Source: Bilabrum cf. latius
Taxonomy: Eukaryota
Direction: 5' to 3'
DNA: 64,000 nt
Assembly: GCA_965178125.1 (NCBI GenBank)
Contig: OZ237741.1
Span: 1,116,001 to 1,180,000, forward strand
Numbering within the stretch: position 1 is the stretch's first letter; the number at the start of each line of letters is the position of its first letter. This document shows positions 1-14,183 of this stretch, piece by piece. Below the pieces are notes generated by a model. It was not told the origin of the DNA, searched no databases, and saw only the letters and a list, made by a program, of their open reading frames with translations. The position numbers and the translations under genes are program-made.

Positions 1-3000
1 GATGAGGCAGCTGGATGGTAACCGGCCAGCTAGTAAAACCGCCGGATGCTGCCCCATCGCCGGCGCTGGGGCGGGTCCGAAGCTTGGAATGAAGCGCAAG
101 CGATCGACGCGCGGCATCCCGAGGCACGGCCAGGGCACCGTCCTGGCCAATTACGCCCGCGAGTCCGAGCGCCAGCAGGTCAGTCGCATTCATTTGCGTC
201 GAAAACTCGTGCAGCTGGGCAGTTGCAAGAGCGTCGCTGCCATCAGAGAGGCCAGTAGCCGCAAAGAGACCAATTTTGGTTGGCGATGCGGTCGGAGGGC
301 CGAGGGTGTAGCACGGAGCACTCCATGGTCCCGCGGGCCCGGCACCCACCTCATTGGATAGGCGGGCGCGCACAGCGACGAGGAGGTCGGAAGGGATCCC
401 AGTGATACCGGCCGTTGTTGTGCTCCTGTCCGATACCGAGGCAGCGGTGGCATCAGCGGGTGGAAGCTCGACGTGGTGAGGATTCGGGAGGGCAGAGGGC
501 AGCTCGGGGCCGGTGTGCCCGATCGGTACCTTGCAGGTCCCCATGGGCTCCTCTCCAAGCACTCCCTGAGGCACGCGCCCCTTTCCAAAGAGCGATGGTG
601 GGGCGGCCTGCCACTCCAGCAGAACGTGCGTGGCCGCGCCGGGCAGCACGGACTAGAACGACTCCCTGGCAGCAGCAGGGTGCGGGTGAACTTCGCCACT
701 CTTTGATGCTTCGAGCCTAGCCCGCAATGCACTCGAGGAAGAAGACAGAAGGTCTGGCGCCCTGGATGGAGCAGCCGTGGGCCGCCCCAGCGTAGCCACG
801 CAATCGCTGCATGGCGTTTTGGGTCCCTCCCCGGCGGCGTTGACGGTGGCCACAGCAAACTCGTACTTCGTCTCAGGGCGGAGATCACCCACGACTGCTT
901 GATTTTCAGCGCCTTGTGACACCCCTTCGCCGTGATTGACCCCAGTGTGCATGGGGCCACTCCACTCGGGCTCTTTGCCCAATCCAGCACCGTCCCGGCC
1001 GGCTGCAGCAGCTGCACTGTTGCCTCCATCTTCGCTCGGCTTCACGGGATTGTCCCGCGCCGACTCGCCAGTTGCCCTTACACCATCGATTGCCGGCCTC
1101 CAGTAGAGCATGTACCCAGTGGGTGCGTCGTCATCATCCCCGACCTAGGCAACCCCCCAGTTGACGGTGATGCTGCTGCTGCTGCGGCTGGCGGCAACCG
1201 GGCTAGACGCCGGTGGTAGAGTCGGGGGTCCGAGCGTACGGATGCTCTCGCTCCAAGGGCCCGGAGGTCCCCGCCCGACCGTGCTTATTTCAGACAGTCT
1301 GACCTGAATGTCAGTGCCCGAAGGGAGGTGCTCTAGTCGGCCTGCCAGCGCCTGCGTGATTCCAGCAGCGGCTTGAACGCACGTATCCAAGGAAATGTCA
1401 AGTGTCCCACCCCTGCGAAACCCACCTGGCGTGCCGCCGCCATCTCCGTCCTCTCTTTCCGCTGCTTTCCATTCAAGCTGAAACGCAACGGCCGGCGATT
1501 CGATGGCGGAGGGCTTCCTCGCTGGCCACCCAACCACGAGGGCACAGCGCTCTCGATGCACCGAGACAGGCCGACCGCCCGGGTGCAGGGGCGGACCAAG
1601 CGTGCGGAAAACAGTGCTCCATTCGCCCGGCACGCCCCTGCCTGCCCCCGACTCGCCCAAAACACGCACAATGTACGCACGGCCGGGGGTCAGCCCCGCC
1701 AGCTTGGTCGCAACGGCGCTCGAGGACACCGTCACCGCTCCGCACGGGGGATCGGGGTCCTCCGTGCTGACTCCAGACCCCACCTCGGGGCGGTCTCCCC
1801 GGGCCACAAAGGCCGCCATGGCAGTCTCGGCAGCCAGGAGTCGGTCGGCTGGCACGGCATCCCCGTCTTGGATTCCTGCTGCAGCAGCATCACTAGCACC
1901 AGCACCAGCACCAGCACCAGCACGAGCGACAGGGGAAGACCCTCGATCGTCCATGCCTGCACCAGACGCGGGCGCCTGGCCTCCTTCAGACTATGACAAG
2001 GAGCCTTTGCCTTCTGATGCTGGGCTCAGGGGCGGCAGTGGTCCATCCACACGAGCCCATTCAACCCTCACCGACCCCAGCGGGCAGTCGTCCTCGGCCA
2101 GCTCCGGCTCCGCCCACCGGACCGAGATCGCCCGCGCGGCTCGCGCCCGCAGCCGCGGCGCTGCGGGCTCCACACTAGGAGGTCCCAGCGTCCTAAGCAC
2201 AGCCGAAGCAGGTCCCTCCGGGGAGGGCCCCAGGGCAGAGTAGGCCGCGACAGAGGCGACCCACCGTGTCCTCGGAGGCAGCCCCGAGAACGTGCACCTG
2301 GTGGTCAACCTCGGCGTGCGGAGCTGCAGGGCGCCAATCTCGGCGCGCGAATCGCCGAAGCTGGCCCCTTCGCGCACCGCAAACGCCGGGCTGCCCCCGC
2401 CTGCGTCTGCGTCTGCACCGGAGCTGGGGCTGGGCGGGCTGGGCGAGCGACCGCCGGCTGGGCTGCCTGACCTCGCACCTTGAGGAGTCTCAGAGTGTCC
2501 CTCTCCCCACTTACCCCCCTCCGTGCTGGAGCCTCCTGCCCCCTCCTATCCCTGGGCCTGCCGTGTCCGCCTGGGTCGCAGCGTCACAATGTAGCCCCCG
2601 ACGGGTGCTTCGCCCCCCTTCTCCTCAGCGCTCTTCCACCTCACAGTCAGCTCACCGACGGCATCGCCCACTCCGCGCGGCAGCAGCTTCAGCTCGGAGC
2701 CGCTGTCAGAAGCCGAGTCACCGCCCTTGAGACCCGCCTGCGTCCAAGACACGAGCTCGACGGAGGGACCAGGCGTGGAGAGCGGGGCCAGCGTGGCAGC
2801 CGAGGACGCGACAGGGCACCACGGCCCGGGCCCTGCGTCGCTCTTGGCCCGGATCTCGAAGGTGTGACGAGTGCCTGCCTTGAGACTGCTGACCCTTGCC
2901 TTGGACGCGAGCCAGCCGCCAGGGATGTCTCCCACCGTCACCTTGACAGCTGGGCCCGTGCCAGAGCCTGCAGCTGCAGCGCCGGACGGCGGAGACGACC

Positions 3001-4405
3001 CTGCTCCCGCCCCGGCGGTTGCTGATGATCCGCGCCCCTCGAATTCCTTGATCCGGAGCTGGAATCCAGTCACGGGTGCCTGGTCCTGGATGGGCTGGAG
3101 GGAGGGCAGGGGGGGCCACCGCAGCAGCACGAAGTCGGTGCCTCGCTCGGCGATCACGGGAGGTGCCAGTGCAAACGACGGTGGGGCGAGCGTGGTGAAC
3201 GGGCCGAAGCACCTGCTCGGCTTGCCGAATCCCAGGGCGTTCTTCTCTATGACTCGGATCGCGTAGGACCTGCCTGGCAGGAGTCCAGAGAGTGCGATCC
3301 TTCGCTCGCCCGAAGGCATCGACAGCTCGAAGATCCGATCGTCCGATGCCTCATCGATCGGAGCACCACCACCGCCCGCATCACCGCTGCCCCCAGTGCG
3401 CTCTTCTCCTTGTTCCGCAGCGGGCACCTGCACGTCGTTCTCATCGGAGGCCCCAGCCCCCGCCCCCGCCCCCGCCCTGGCCCTGTACGTTGGCGGCAGG
3501 GACACGAGCCACATCTAGGCCGTGAGCTTGCCGCGCCGCTTGGCGCCCTTCGTGCCACCGGTAGCACCTGTCCCAGAGGAGGAGACCAATGAGGGGTCTG
3601 CTCCCGCTCTGGAGGCGGCTCGGGCGGCAAGGTCGTCCTAGTCGGGCGCGTGGGACATGTCTGCGGGCAGCTGCACCGTGGCGAGCGCCGCAGTTGCTGT
3701 CACACGCCCGGCCCCCGCTGTCACTGTGCCGCGCGATTTTGATCGTTGCGCTTGCATGCATCGGCGGACAGCTGCTGTTGGCTCGCCTCCATCGGCGGGC
3801 ACCATTTCGACGACTTGAAGTGCGTGCGCGATTGGACGGTCCATGCGCCTCCGGGCGTGGCCGCTGGTAGCGACACTGGCATCATCCCCGGCGCGCCATT
3901 GCAACACTAAAGATTTCGATGTTCGAGTCGCTAAATCGACGGATGCTGGCGCTGGTGGCACCGTTCGTGGTACCAAGTTACCTCGCAAGGCTGCAGCCAT
4001 GCCATCGATCGCTGCGTGGGTTAGGCAGTTGCTCAGCAATGCAATCTATGATTTGCGTGTTCGATTTGATCTCTTATGGGCATAAACTAGCTGCTTACCA
4101 TCTGCCCATTCTGAGGCTAGCACGGCCGAGCTGAAGGCTATCGAGCGCATGTAACCTTGCGGCTCCGTAGCAATTCGCAGGGTGGACTTATCACCGCCAG
4201 AGATGCGAACATTAGTTGTGTCCCGAACCGATAAACTAGATATGATCCGCCCCGAGCCATCGCGAAGGATCAAGAACGGTGATTTACATTGCAGAAGACC
4301 TGAGACGAAGCCACGCCCCGCCCCGGCTCCAACTTGAGGGTCAGTGGGCTCCATTTGAACAGGAGCAGGCTGCACCTGCGGGTTGAAAATGTCATTGGCG
4401 CTCAT
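1..4405 (-). CDS. Large fibronectin type III repeat protein (host, runs off window start)
   Basis: ORFs 4046-4426, 3638-4039, 2546-3514, 1991-2377, 1145-1954 and 653-1111 share one frame and are separated only by TAG. Repeated FN3 motifs (LxPGxxYxxRV, GxGPxS, TLGPP). Probable start ATG at 4405. Confidence 0.8.
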
Positions 4406-4612
4406 TGGATCAGTGCAGCAATGCAAGAGAACGTTTTGTGCGCAAGCAAGACAGTAGGAACCGGAGCCATTTCATTGCAAGGGGCCTTGCTGCCTACACA
4501 ACAGCAATATTACCCAATCGTGCGAAGGCTTCTTCGTCGCATTGCTTCTGACAAGTCTATTTGTGCCGCTCACGTTGCGCCGTACCGCGCTTTTTGCACT
4601 AGCTTGCCTGCA

Positions 4613-5347
4613 ATGGCTGCGCATGATGGGAGTGGTTCGTTTACATACAAGTGGCCTCGACCAGCAGCCACAGCAGATTGTATTGTGCTCAGAGATACCG
4701 GGAAAATTGACGTTCTTTTGATTAAGCGAGGTGGTACGCCTTATAAGGGCTGCTGGGCGTTTCCGGGCGGCTTTGTAGATGCAATGGAGGATTTGGAATT
4801 GGCTGCAAAGCGAGAATTGGAGGAAGAAACTTGCCTGAAAGGCGTACCCATGCTTGAAATTGGTATGTTTGGAATGCCCGGGAGGGACCCGCGGGGGCAC
4901 ACGATAACTGCAGCCTACCTCGCTGCCGCAGGGGCAGAGCTTGCCAAGACCGTCAAGGCTGCAGACGACGCAGCAGAGGCTGACTGGGTGGGTCTCGCGG
5001 GGGACTCGGAGCTGCCACAGCTCGCATTTGATCATGCCAACATCCTGTGTTCGGCTCTACGGAAAGCGTCCCGCGGCATCCGCATGGGTGATAGCGATAT
5101 CCTGGACGTCCTGGCTGGCGGTGGCATCCCAGCTGCAGACCTGGCCCCTGAAGGCCGTGTGCAGCGCGAGCTGGAGCAGGGCTGGCTCAGGGCGGCCAGA
5201 ATGTGGGCGGAGCAAGTGAAGGAGCGCGCCGACTCGAAGAGCGGGTACCTGGAGAGGGCGGGCAAGCAGCTGGCGGAGGCGGAGCGGCACTGCGCCGGTC
5301 CGGCACCCTCGGCTGCTGCTGGTGGCCCGGCAGGCTCATCTTCATGA
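4613..5347 (+). CDS. Nudix hydrolase (ADP-ribose pyrophosphatase-like)
   Basis: Nudix box WAFPGGFVDAMEDLELAAKRELEEET, plus GRDPRGH and LAFDH; TGA stop. Confidence 0.9.
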   Translation: MAAHDGSGSFTYKWPRPAATADCIVLRDTGKIDVLLIKRGGTPYKGCWAFPGGFVDAMEDLELAAKRELEEETCLKGVPMLEIGMFGMPGRDPRGHTITAAYLAAAGAELAKTVKAADDAAEADWVGLAGDSELPQLAFDHANILCSALRKASRGIRMGDSDILDVLAGGGIPAADLAPEGRVQRELEQGWLRAARMWAEQVKERADSKSGYLERAGKQLAEAERHCAGPAPSAAAGGPAGSSS

Positions 5348-5569
5348 ATATTGCAGTAGTGAACAATACGAAGCACTGTGTGCAGCTTCTCTCGGGCCCA
5401 GATTGTGGCGGTTCGCAAGCGGATCCAGGACGAGATTGTGGTTGATGATGTGTCTTGCGCTAGGGGCCATGTTAGTGTTAGTCTGGAAGGCATGGCGATT
5501 GCTGTTTGAAGTGCACCATGCTGGAAAATACGAAAGCAGTTGCACCATTGGGGGGCCAATAATCAATGT

Positions 5570-8500
5570 TCAGCCCTGTGTGTCGCCGTACACGAGGCTA
5601 GAGGCGCAAGACGCCGGCCGGCTGCCTGCCGCATCGTCGGATCCCTTAGACCCAGGCCCCGAAGGGGGCAACGCATCCACCGGCTGCTGTGCAGACGTCA
5701 CCAGGAAGCTGGTGGTCCCACCCGACCGAGTCTTGAGCGCAGCCTGGGCTGCCATGCCAGAGCCCGACCGCTGCCTCGTCTGGCGCTGCGCCTGCTTGGT
5801 TGCCTCGTCCGGCATCCGCGCCAACATGTCGTCGATCTGGCCGTCACTGGCGAGCAGAACCACGTGGCCGTCGTCATCGTCATCGTCATCGTCTTTGTCA
5901 TACTCGGCGCGGCGAACACTCGATAGTACTCCCTGCCGGTTCGCATCGCCAACTACACCGCCTCGCTCGGCTGCTGTAGCGGCACCTCCCGTGCTTGACC
6001 CGCCTCCTGCCGCAGCAGCACTCGCCTCGAGATCGAGGCCCTCGCCGCTCTCGCCAGACCTCACCTCCCGCGCCTCCTTGTGTGCCTCGACCTCCGAGGG
6101 CAAGAGGTCCAAATGCTGCAGCGGGTAGTAGCCCCCAGGCCCCCGGTACCGGTCTTCGTCGCCCCTCCGGTCGATGACCACCTCCGTCATTCGCTGCTTG
6201 AGCGGCTGCGCCTCCTCGTCCTCCAGGTTCGCCTGTTTCTCTCTCTCCCAGAACTCCATGTTTGCGTCCAGCTGGGCCAGCTCCTCGTTGCTGCCCAGGA
6301 ACTCGGCGAACACAGCGTACGAGGGCCTCACCACGAACTGGATAAAGCCCAGCTGGGAGTGAGGGAGGTTGTGGTCGCCGCGGTCGCACAGAGGTGAGAT
6401 GGGCAAGCCCAGCCGCCGCTCGCAGTCGCCCTGCCTGTAGAACTCCTCCGTGATGAGGTCGGTCCACTTGAGGTGGGAGTGCAGCGGCCTCGCCGGGTGT
6501 GACACGTCCGAGCACTTGAGCACCATGTTGAGCACGAGCTGCCTGTCCTCCTCCGAGGTCTTCCCCAGGCTGACCGTGGTCGCGAGCTTGGACTTGAAGG
6601 TGTTGACGAGGTGGGCCCCCGTCGACAGGTCTGTCACCTTGATGGCCTGGATGGCGACGTACCTGACACGGCGCCTCTCCTCGTCCTCGAGGCTGACCAT
6701 CATGTTGTAGCGAGGGTGGTGCAGCAGCTGAAAACCCTCCGATGTGTGGTAGTGCTCCAGCACCGATTCATCGTTGTACCTGAGAGCCAGATCGTGGCTC
6801 GTGCTGACCAGGTATGAGTTGCTGCAGCCGGGGTGCCTGAAATCGTGGATCATTGCAGCGAATAGGAGGGCGAAGCTGTCGAGGCTGTTGGCAATCGACT
6901 TGATCTTGCTCAAAGACAGGAAATGAGCGACGCCTTGTGTAACTGCGACATGAAGATAGGGGAGGGGGGGGTGCGCTGGACCAGAGTAGAGCGGTGGCTA
7001 TGGATTGTTGCAAGCAAGCGCAAGCACGGCGGTGCAGTCGTTGTCGCGAAGACCACAAGCACGGACTTGGCCTGCGCATCTTACCGTCGGCTGCGTGCGT
7101 TGAGCAGTGGTAGGGATTCCTGCGCTGTGGATCGAAGCAGTAGTAGTACTCCATGGTGTTGAGGAAGGCCGACCGCTGCGGCTCGGGGAGACTGTACTGC
7201 TGCACGCAGCCGAACTCCTCTAGGAGTCGGTTGCCCAGCAGCGCCAGCGGCCGCCTGCCGCTGGCTCCCTCTAACGCGAAGATGTCGAAGTTCCATCGTA
7301 GCGGCTCCTTGAGGGCTTTGATCACGCTCGCAGTCTGCGGTGACAAGTCCAGGTAGGTGCACGGCAACAAGTCTGACTGGCTGTGCTCGATCCGAGCGCT
7401 CTCAACTTGCTGCGATCCGCTCTCGAATGCGGTAGCCACGCTGCCCTCGCCCGAAGGTGGGAACTTCACAGAGCCGGCAGCGAGGAGCCCCCTCATGTCC
7501 ATCGCCGCAGAACTCCCCGACCCGCGACCAGCCTGCGAGGAAGACGTCTTTGAGCTGCCCTCCGGACTGCTAGATCGACGTTTGGAAGACGAGCTCGAGT
7601 CACCAACAGCGTTGGTACCAGCCGCACCCGGCCCATTGGCACCAGCTGGGCTCTGAGTCTGCGGCGAGGCCTGCATTTGGAGCTCCTCAAACACGTCTGC
7701 AGCGCTAATGGCCCGCACGAGCCCGATCCCATACATGGATGTCGGGCCTTCCGGATTCAACAGCAGATTGACAGAGGTTTTAGCATGATGGACGGGCAGC
7801 GCAGTGCCAGTCGTGCCTTGCTGATGACCCGCCCACTTGTTCGGCGGCTTTTCGCTGCCATGCTCTCCACTGCCAGGCGCAGCATCGTCCTCACTGGATG
7901 CCAGCGAGGCGGCGCTGTCTCGATGCGGAACGCTCTCCTCGGCGCTCTCCTACACGAGCGGCATCTGCGCCACGAAGCTGCGCATGTGAGGCATGGATGC
8001 GTGCCTGGCGTGCAGGGTGTAGCGGCGTGGCAGCGGAAGCTTGTCCCCGCTGTCATGACCACCAGCTGCATCTGCTTCCGTGCCGTGCTCGGGCGCTTCA
8101 TCCGCGTCCACCACCGTGGTGCTCCCATCCTGGCCCACCACTGCCATCCCGGGGATGTGAAACGACATGGCGGGCGCCTTGTTGAGCACCGACAGGGAGT
8201 GCGCGCGGAAGAGCTGCTGCTGGGACATGCGGGTCGTGACCATGCGCGCCTCCGAGCCCATGGGCCTGAGCCGCCGGTGTGACGAGTGCCTGGAGGCCGA
8301 CGACATGGACGAGTGCTGCGTGGCGGAGGCCATGCTGCCCGAGGCCGCGGTGGAGGCGGCACGGAGCATCCGCATGCGGCGGCCGGACGTGGCCGTGCTG
8401 TTGTTGGTGCTTGCGTGGCTCCTGACGTCGTTCAGGCTAGAGCGGGACAGGGACGACCCGGCGCCAGTGTTCCCCGTCGCGGTCCTGGAAGGATTGCCCA

Positions 8501-9911
8501 GGCGCAGTCGCCGCCTGGAGCTGTGCCGCTTCCTGCCCCTGACCTGCGCCTTGCCCGAGGTGGGCGCTCCTGATGTGAGCTGGGTCGCCAGCCACTTGCG
8601 CGTGTTCTCGTCGTCCAGGGCTGCCGGCCCGGTACCTCGCTTGGATGAATCGGTGGACTTGGAGGCCTGCCGAGGACCCATGCCGGCACCGGTGGCTGCT
8701 CCAAGCTGTCCTGGTATGGTGCTGGTGGACCTTTCAGGGTCGTCAGGAGACGTATGACGACGCGACTTGCTTCCCACGGAACCGATCGACCCTGATCGAG
8801 ACGATGCTTGGGGCACGAGGCTGCTGTGCTGCCGATTGCCTCGCGCGGCGATCGAGGGCCGGCGGCGGGCGGCGGGCCCTTCCAAAACGGGATCAATGCC
8901 CGACGCCTGTCCCTGCTGCGCAGAAGGTTTGCTGGAGGCCACTGGTGAAGCGAGCAGCTTGTCGTAGTCGACCTTGTACAGGTCCGACGTGTTGTACAGA
9001 ATGTCCAGACAGCGGTCCACTCGCTGCCTCGTGGTCGAATCGGCCGCGACGTGCTTAAGCGGTCGGATGAGACGAATGAGCCGCTGTGCCGGAGTAGACG
9101 TGGGATCGTCCCCCTGCGGGTCCTCTGCATCTGGGAGTGAGGCCAGGCTTAGGCTTCGCATCCCTGGAACGCCTGCAGCGCTCCTTTCGCGAAGTCGCGA
9201 ACCTGCAGCCCTCCCGAGCGAGGCTACGGACCCGCTTCTACTCTATGTTGACAATGCAACGGAATCATTGTCCCGAGAACCTGGCTGCTTGCGTCGTGAG
9301 GCAGACTCGAACGGCGCCGGCAGCACTGGAACCACGCGCCTCGCCGAGTGTTCCGATCCCCCTCTGGAGCCCATCTTTGAGACATACCAAACATAAATAA
9401 TCAAAATAGATGCAGAGGCTCCATGGCCGCAGCCAGCAGCGATGAAATCGGATCTCTGCGCGCGGGAGCCACCCTCTCCAACCTCGAGTCCGAGCACGCA
9501 GCCACACACCACCGCGAGGCCTGGGGCACAGTCGTACCACTAAACGCCGTGTTCAATTCTGCTCGAAAACAAAGAAAGGACATAAGGCGCGGTGCTTAGC
9601 GCGCCGAGAGCAGTTGGTGCGTACAATTCGCCTTGGTTGGATGCTGTCAGCGACAGGCTCGCTGTGAAAGCCAACACTGCAGCCACTGCAGTACGTGCTA
9701 CGACATCCAGAGCGGGTTCTACCAATGTATTCGCGAGGAAGTCTATTTTCAGGAACTTTTGAACTTCTACAGCAATATTCAGAGCCAAACACGCAGCGGC
9801 TACTGCTGCCAGGGCCACTGCGAACGGCTGCTCCTCGGCAGACCATGCAGCAATTAACTCAACCGCTATCCAAACGAGCGGAATCGCTCCAAAAGGTCGT
9901 CTGGCAAGCAT
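5570..9911 (-). CDS. Class I cyclic nucleotide phosphodiesterase with N-terminal transmembrane region
   Basis: Motifs NPYHCSTHAAD, HDFRHPG, LEHYH, KCSDVSHP, EEFYRQGD, SQLGFI. One frame from 9911 to ~7085 through TAGs at 9540, 9243 and 7950, then a GTAAG intron near 7085-6950. Confidence 0.85.
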
Positions 9912-10144
9912 CGTAATTTACTAGATATATGATGGCCGATCCAAGGGTGCTGATCACGCAAAGTGGGGGGAACTGATCATGAAGAGGCGAGCGAGCATTT
10001 TTGCAGCCGGCAGTGACTGCGGCGCCGCGCCGCCGGCGGCGGAGAATCGTCATCACACTTCAAGTCGCGCAGTTTGCCGTGCCGCTCAGCATTGAAGTAC
10101 TGCCAGATGAAAAACCAGCGTAATTCTGAGGTATTTCTGCGGCA

Positions 10145-10675
10145 ATGATGGGGCGCGGCCGAGCGATGCAGCTGATCGGTTGGCGTGGGGCTGTCAAGAG
10201 ATGGCACCCCGAATCTGCGCCGGGAGATCAGTTTAGTGCTTGCGGGGCTTGCGGGCGCGCTCTACAAGTGTCTGAATCTACCATTCCCAATGCTGGCCAT
10301 GGGCTCTTTGCAGGAGAACGTATTGGGGCCAACGAGAGCGTCTGCTTGTACCGTGGTGATCTTTTGTCAACTAGAGAAGCCTTTCGATTGAAGGAGCAGC
10401 AGCGATCGTACTTGATGCGACTTGGGGGTGGAGTGTGGGTGGATTCAGCGCATTAGGAGCACATTTTGGCTCGGTACATCAACGACGCCCGGAAACCAGG
10501 GCGGTACAATGTGTATTTCGACAAGAGACCCAGCTTGGGCTTGGCGATTGTGAAAGCGTTGCGTGACATTGAACACGGGGAAGAGATATTTGCATCGTAT
10601 GGCAAGTGGTACTGGTCCAAACGGTCAGATGGGGCGACTGCACCGAGCCGAAACGCCCTCGAGGTGCCGCAGTGA
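10145..10675 (+). CDS. SET-domain protein (host)
   Basis: STIPNAGHGLFA...ARYINDA...ALRDIEHGEEIFASYG; the two ORFs join across one TAG (10454-10456). Confidence 0.8.
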
Positions 10676-11280
10676 GGCCAGCTGTAGGCTATCGGTAGGG
10701 ACGATCGAGTCCCCCCGGCGGGTAGCAGTGCGTTCGAGCGTCTCCCTGAACGCCTCATAGCCTTGGTGTCTCGGACATGGGTAGGCACATAACACTCTCC
10801 GTGGCCCTGGCCTTACGGCCGTACGTGGCAGACTCCGGGCAGGCTGGGACCGGCAAGCGACCGGTGCTAGTCTGTGCAAAACAGTGGAACTGCCGTGGAG
10901 TGGCTTTGAGTGGCTTTGCGCGAGCATGGCACATTGTAGTCCGGAGCCTGTGCACAACCGTATAGACTAACTGCATCTTCACAAGGTGCAGTTTTGGGGT
11001 GGGCACAGGGGGCCAAGGCTGCGCGGTGGCTCTCCGCCGGCGCGTTGATGCGAGGGTGGTATGCTGGCAGCTGGTGAACGACACCAGCAGACGGATCGCC
11101 CGAGCATCATTCAGATCAATCGCTGCGTTTTATAACTCACCGTTGGTTCTAGATCCGAGAGGACACAGATCTTAGTGTCGGACTCAATGCCCGGTTATAT
11201 CTACACGCTACTAATAAATCTGCATTTTGCTTTCGTGACGAGCGCACAAACGACTAGATTTCAACTGCTGATACCTCGCC

Positions 11281-12374
11281 ATGCCTAAGCGGAAGAGGTC
11301 TGAAACTGCAGGTATGTTGAAATATTGATGTTCGTATGATGCTAGCCATGTTATTATCTCCGTAATAACTTTGTAATTATCATGCTTGCTCGCATCCAGG
11401 TGCCCATGCATACATCCTTTCTCGTCCCTGCAGCAGAGCCGAAAGGCAGAAAGGCGCGAAAGGCCCCTACTGAGATTCCCTAGTCTGATGTTGAGGCACC
11501 CAGTGGCGACAAGGCGAAGGCCCCCGCTCTCACGAACGAAGAGAGACTTGCGAGACGGTAAGGGCCCTCAGATCATTTTGCTGCTCCAGTCCGAGTCTCA
11601 AAGCTTTTTACGTCCCCTCATATGGACCAGCGCCGCCCTTGTACTTGCAGTCGAGTTTTGAACCGAAAGAATGCTAGAAAAAGCCGGGAGAGGAAGCGCG
11701 AGCACAAATCGTCCCTGCAGGACAGAATAACGTAGTTGCAGCAGGAGCGCCAGGCGCTTGCCAGCCGGTTTGAAGCGCTAGGACTCCCCAGCCCGGAAGT
11801 GGTCCTCAGGGAAGGTGTCTTGGGGCTGTCTCTTGAGCAGGTCCTGCAGCAGGCGCCCGCGGACCCGGTGCAGCAGGGCGCCCTGCAAGCGGTCATCGCC
11901 GAGACACAAGCGGGCCCGCAGCGGTCCAGAGCATCCTCTGTACCGAAGCTGCCCACCGGTGCCGGTGCGGGGCACTCTAGTGCGGGGATCGGCGCGGGAT
12001 CGGTTCCGGCCGCAGCTACTGCTGCCAGCGCGGCGGCGACGGCGGCGGCTGCCGCCGCCGCGGCCAAGGCCGGGGCGGGCGCTGTGGGCCGTCGCAGCAG
12101 CGGGCCGGGAGGCGGCCGGCGGGCAGGCACCGCGGATGATGCGGCTGGCGCTGAGGCCCTGCACGCCCTCGCACGGGGGGCGGATGGGAAGATCACCGAG
12201 AGCACCCCTATGACGGCTGCGGCGGCGGCTGCGGCCGCCGCCGCCGCCGCCGTGAGCAGCGCAGGGGCGGCGAGCCGTCGCCGCGGGGGATCCAGCTCGC
12301 TTACTGCCCCTGCCGCCAGCTTCGTGCCCGGGGCGGCGGCTTCCTCCTCCTCGTCGTCCTCGACCACCTCGTGA
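11281..12374 (+). CDS. bZIP transcription factor-like protein (2 introns)
   Basis: Basic region RVLNRKNARKSRERKR followed by heptad leucines. GT-AG introns at about 11312-11432 and 11558-11650; in-frame TAGs. Confidence 0.65.
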
Positions 12375-12582
12375 CTCGATCTGGCGTGACGAGTGCACTA
12401 CTGCCAGTGCCACGCTGCATGCGGTAGGCGGTAGGCTTGTTGGTTCGGCTGTGGCGTTTGGGGGCTCGTGCTTGCTTGCCGGTTTTGAGTGACGACGGTG
12501 AAATTTGCGTACTTGATGCATGAATCGAATGCCCTTCGTCACCACCCACATGACATGCTTTGCGACCTTTACAGCCAATCTA

Positions 12583-14183
12583 TCACATGCCCCCTGCCCT
12601 CTGTCGACGCATCTGGGGGCGGGTGGTGCTCCTTCGGAGCGACCCCTGAGGCCTGCTCATCGGGTCATTATTCGACGGGGCGGGCGCGGACGTGCCCCAG
12701 CCGCTGTCCCCCCCGCTAGTTCCCCAGCCACCGCCGCTGCCAGACGATGCGCCCCAATCGCTGCCTCCCCCGCTAGTTCCCCAACCGCTGCCGCTGCTGC
12801 TGCTGCTGCTGCCTCCCCCGCTGGTGCCCCAGCCACTGTCCCCTGAGCCCCACCCGCCGCCCGTGCCGCCCGTGGCGCCCGCGCCCGCGCCTGTCTGCCC
12901 TGCCTTCTCTCGGGCCGCCACCACCGCTCGGCGAACGTTTTCTAGCTCCGAATCCGTCGCGCCGAAGGCTCCCTCTCCGTGGTCGAGCCGGGACTGCTGC
13001 TCCAGCGCCCTGAGCTGTGTGGCCGCCTCGTACTTCCGGTCTGCCTCGATGAAGGGGTCCCGCCTGTGGAGCGGCACCCCGCCCGAGGAACCGGAGGAGA
13101 GCGAGCCCGCGGCGTCGACCCCCTGCAGCCGTTGTTCCCTGGCGAGGTCCTCCTGCTCCCTCTCCCTCCACATCCGCGTGAACCTTTCCTTCACCTCGTC
13201 CAGCCTCCCACGGAACGCCTGGATGGGGCCCCCCGCCATGCGCCGGATGGCGGAGTGCTCGTTCTGCAGCGCCTGCTTGACGGCCACGGAGGGGTTCCGC
13301 CAGTGCGCAGCGCCACCAGCCCCCGTCTTGCTGGTGAGAGACACGGCTCCCCCCAGCGCCGCCTGCAACTCCTCCATCTGCTCGTCCAGAGCCGCGACTC
13401 TCCGCTTCGTGGCCTGGTAGAACGTGGACACGGCCGGGTGCGGGCGCGAGACGACCGCCGTCGGGGGTGCCCCGGAGGCGTACGCCGCCGCGTCTCCGAG
13501 CTGCTGCCTAATTTTAGTTATGGTCGCGTCCGTGTGTCGCGAGGACCAGTCTGCCTGTTTCTCGAGGGATTCCACCCGCTTCTTGAGCTGCCGCAGACGG
13601 CCGGACCACAGGTCGTGGCCGGCTCGCAGGTGGTCGCAGCTAAGCACCACCGCCCTAGCATTCTTCTATAGAGCAGCACCCTGGTCATGCGCAGCGGTCA
13701 AAAATCTGTCCTGAAGGTGAACAGCCCGGCTGCGAACAATACCAGCCAGAGCAAGCAAAGGGAATGCGTGAATAGGGGCGCTTCGGCAATTGCCATTCAA
13801 AGGTCTCAGCCTTCCTCACTGCAGTCGCCTCAGTCTTCGCTTGTCCATATCGGAATAATCCTTCATGGGGAGTTCGCCTGTCTATCTCCTGCGATGTAGT
13901 GGCGGCCATGGGAAACGACTTGAGGCAGTATGTGGTTGGGAGCCGCGAGCAGCGACGTTCCTTGCAGGCCAGCTTACATCCTAGCCCGTTGCGACTTTTC
14001 TCGTTGGGATATAGTTGTTGTCTGGCCATCACCAGCAGCAGGCGCTGCTGCGGGGCCTGGCGCAGGAGCCGAGTTCCAATCACCCCAAGAGTCCGACTTC
14101 GTGCCACCACCAGAGCTCGATCCGCTGCCTGGCGCCGGAGCTGACGCTGGCGTGCTTGATCCCCAGTCACCCCATTCGGACAT
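12583..14183 (-). CDS. Coiled-coil protein with WG repeats, possibly Nup58/Nup49-like nucleoporin (spliced)
   Basis: N- and C-terminal SGWG/DWG repeats flank a coiled coil. Exon boundaries are approximate. Confidence 0.4.
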
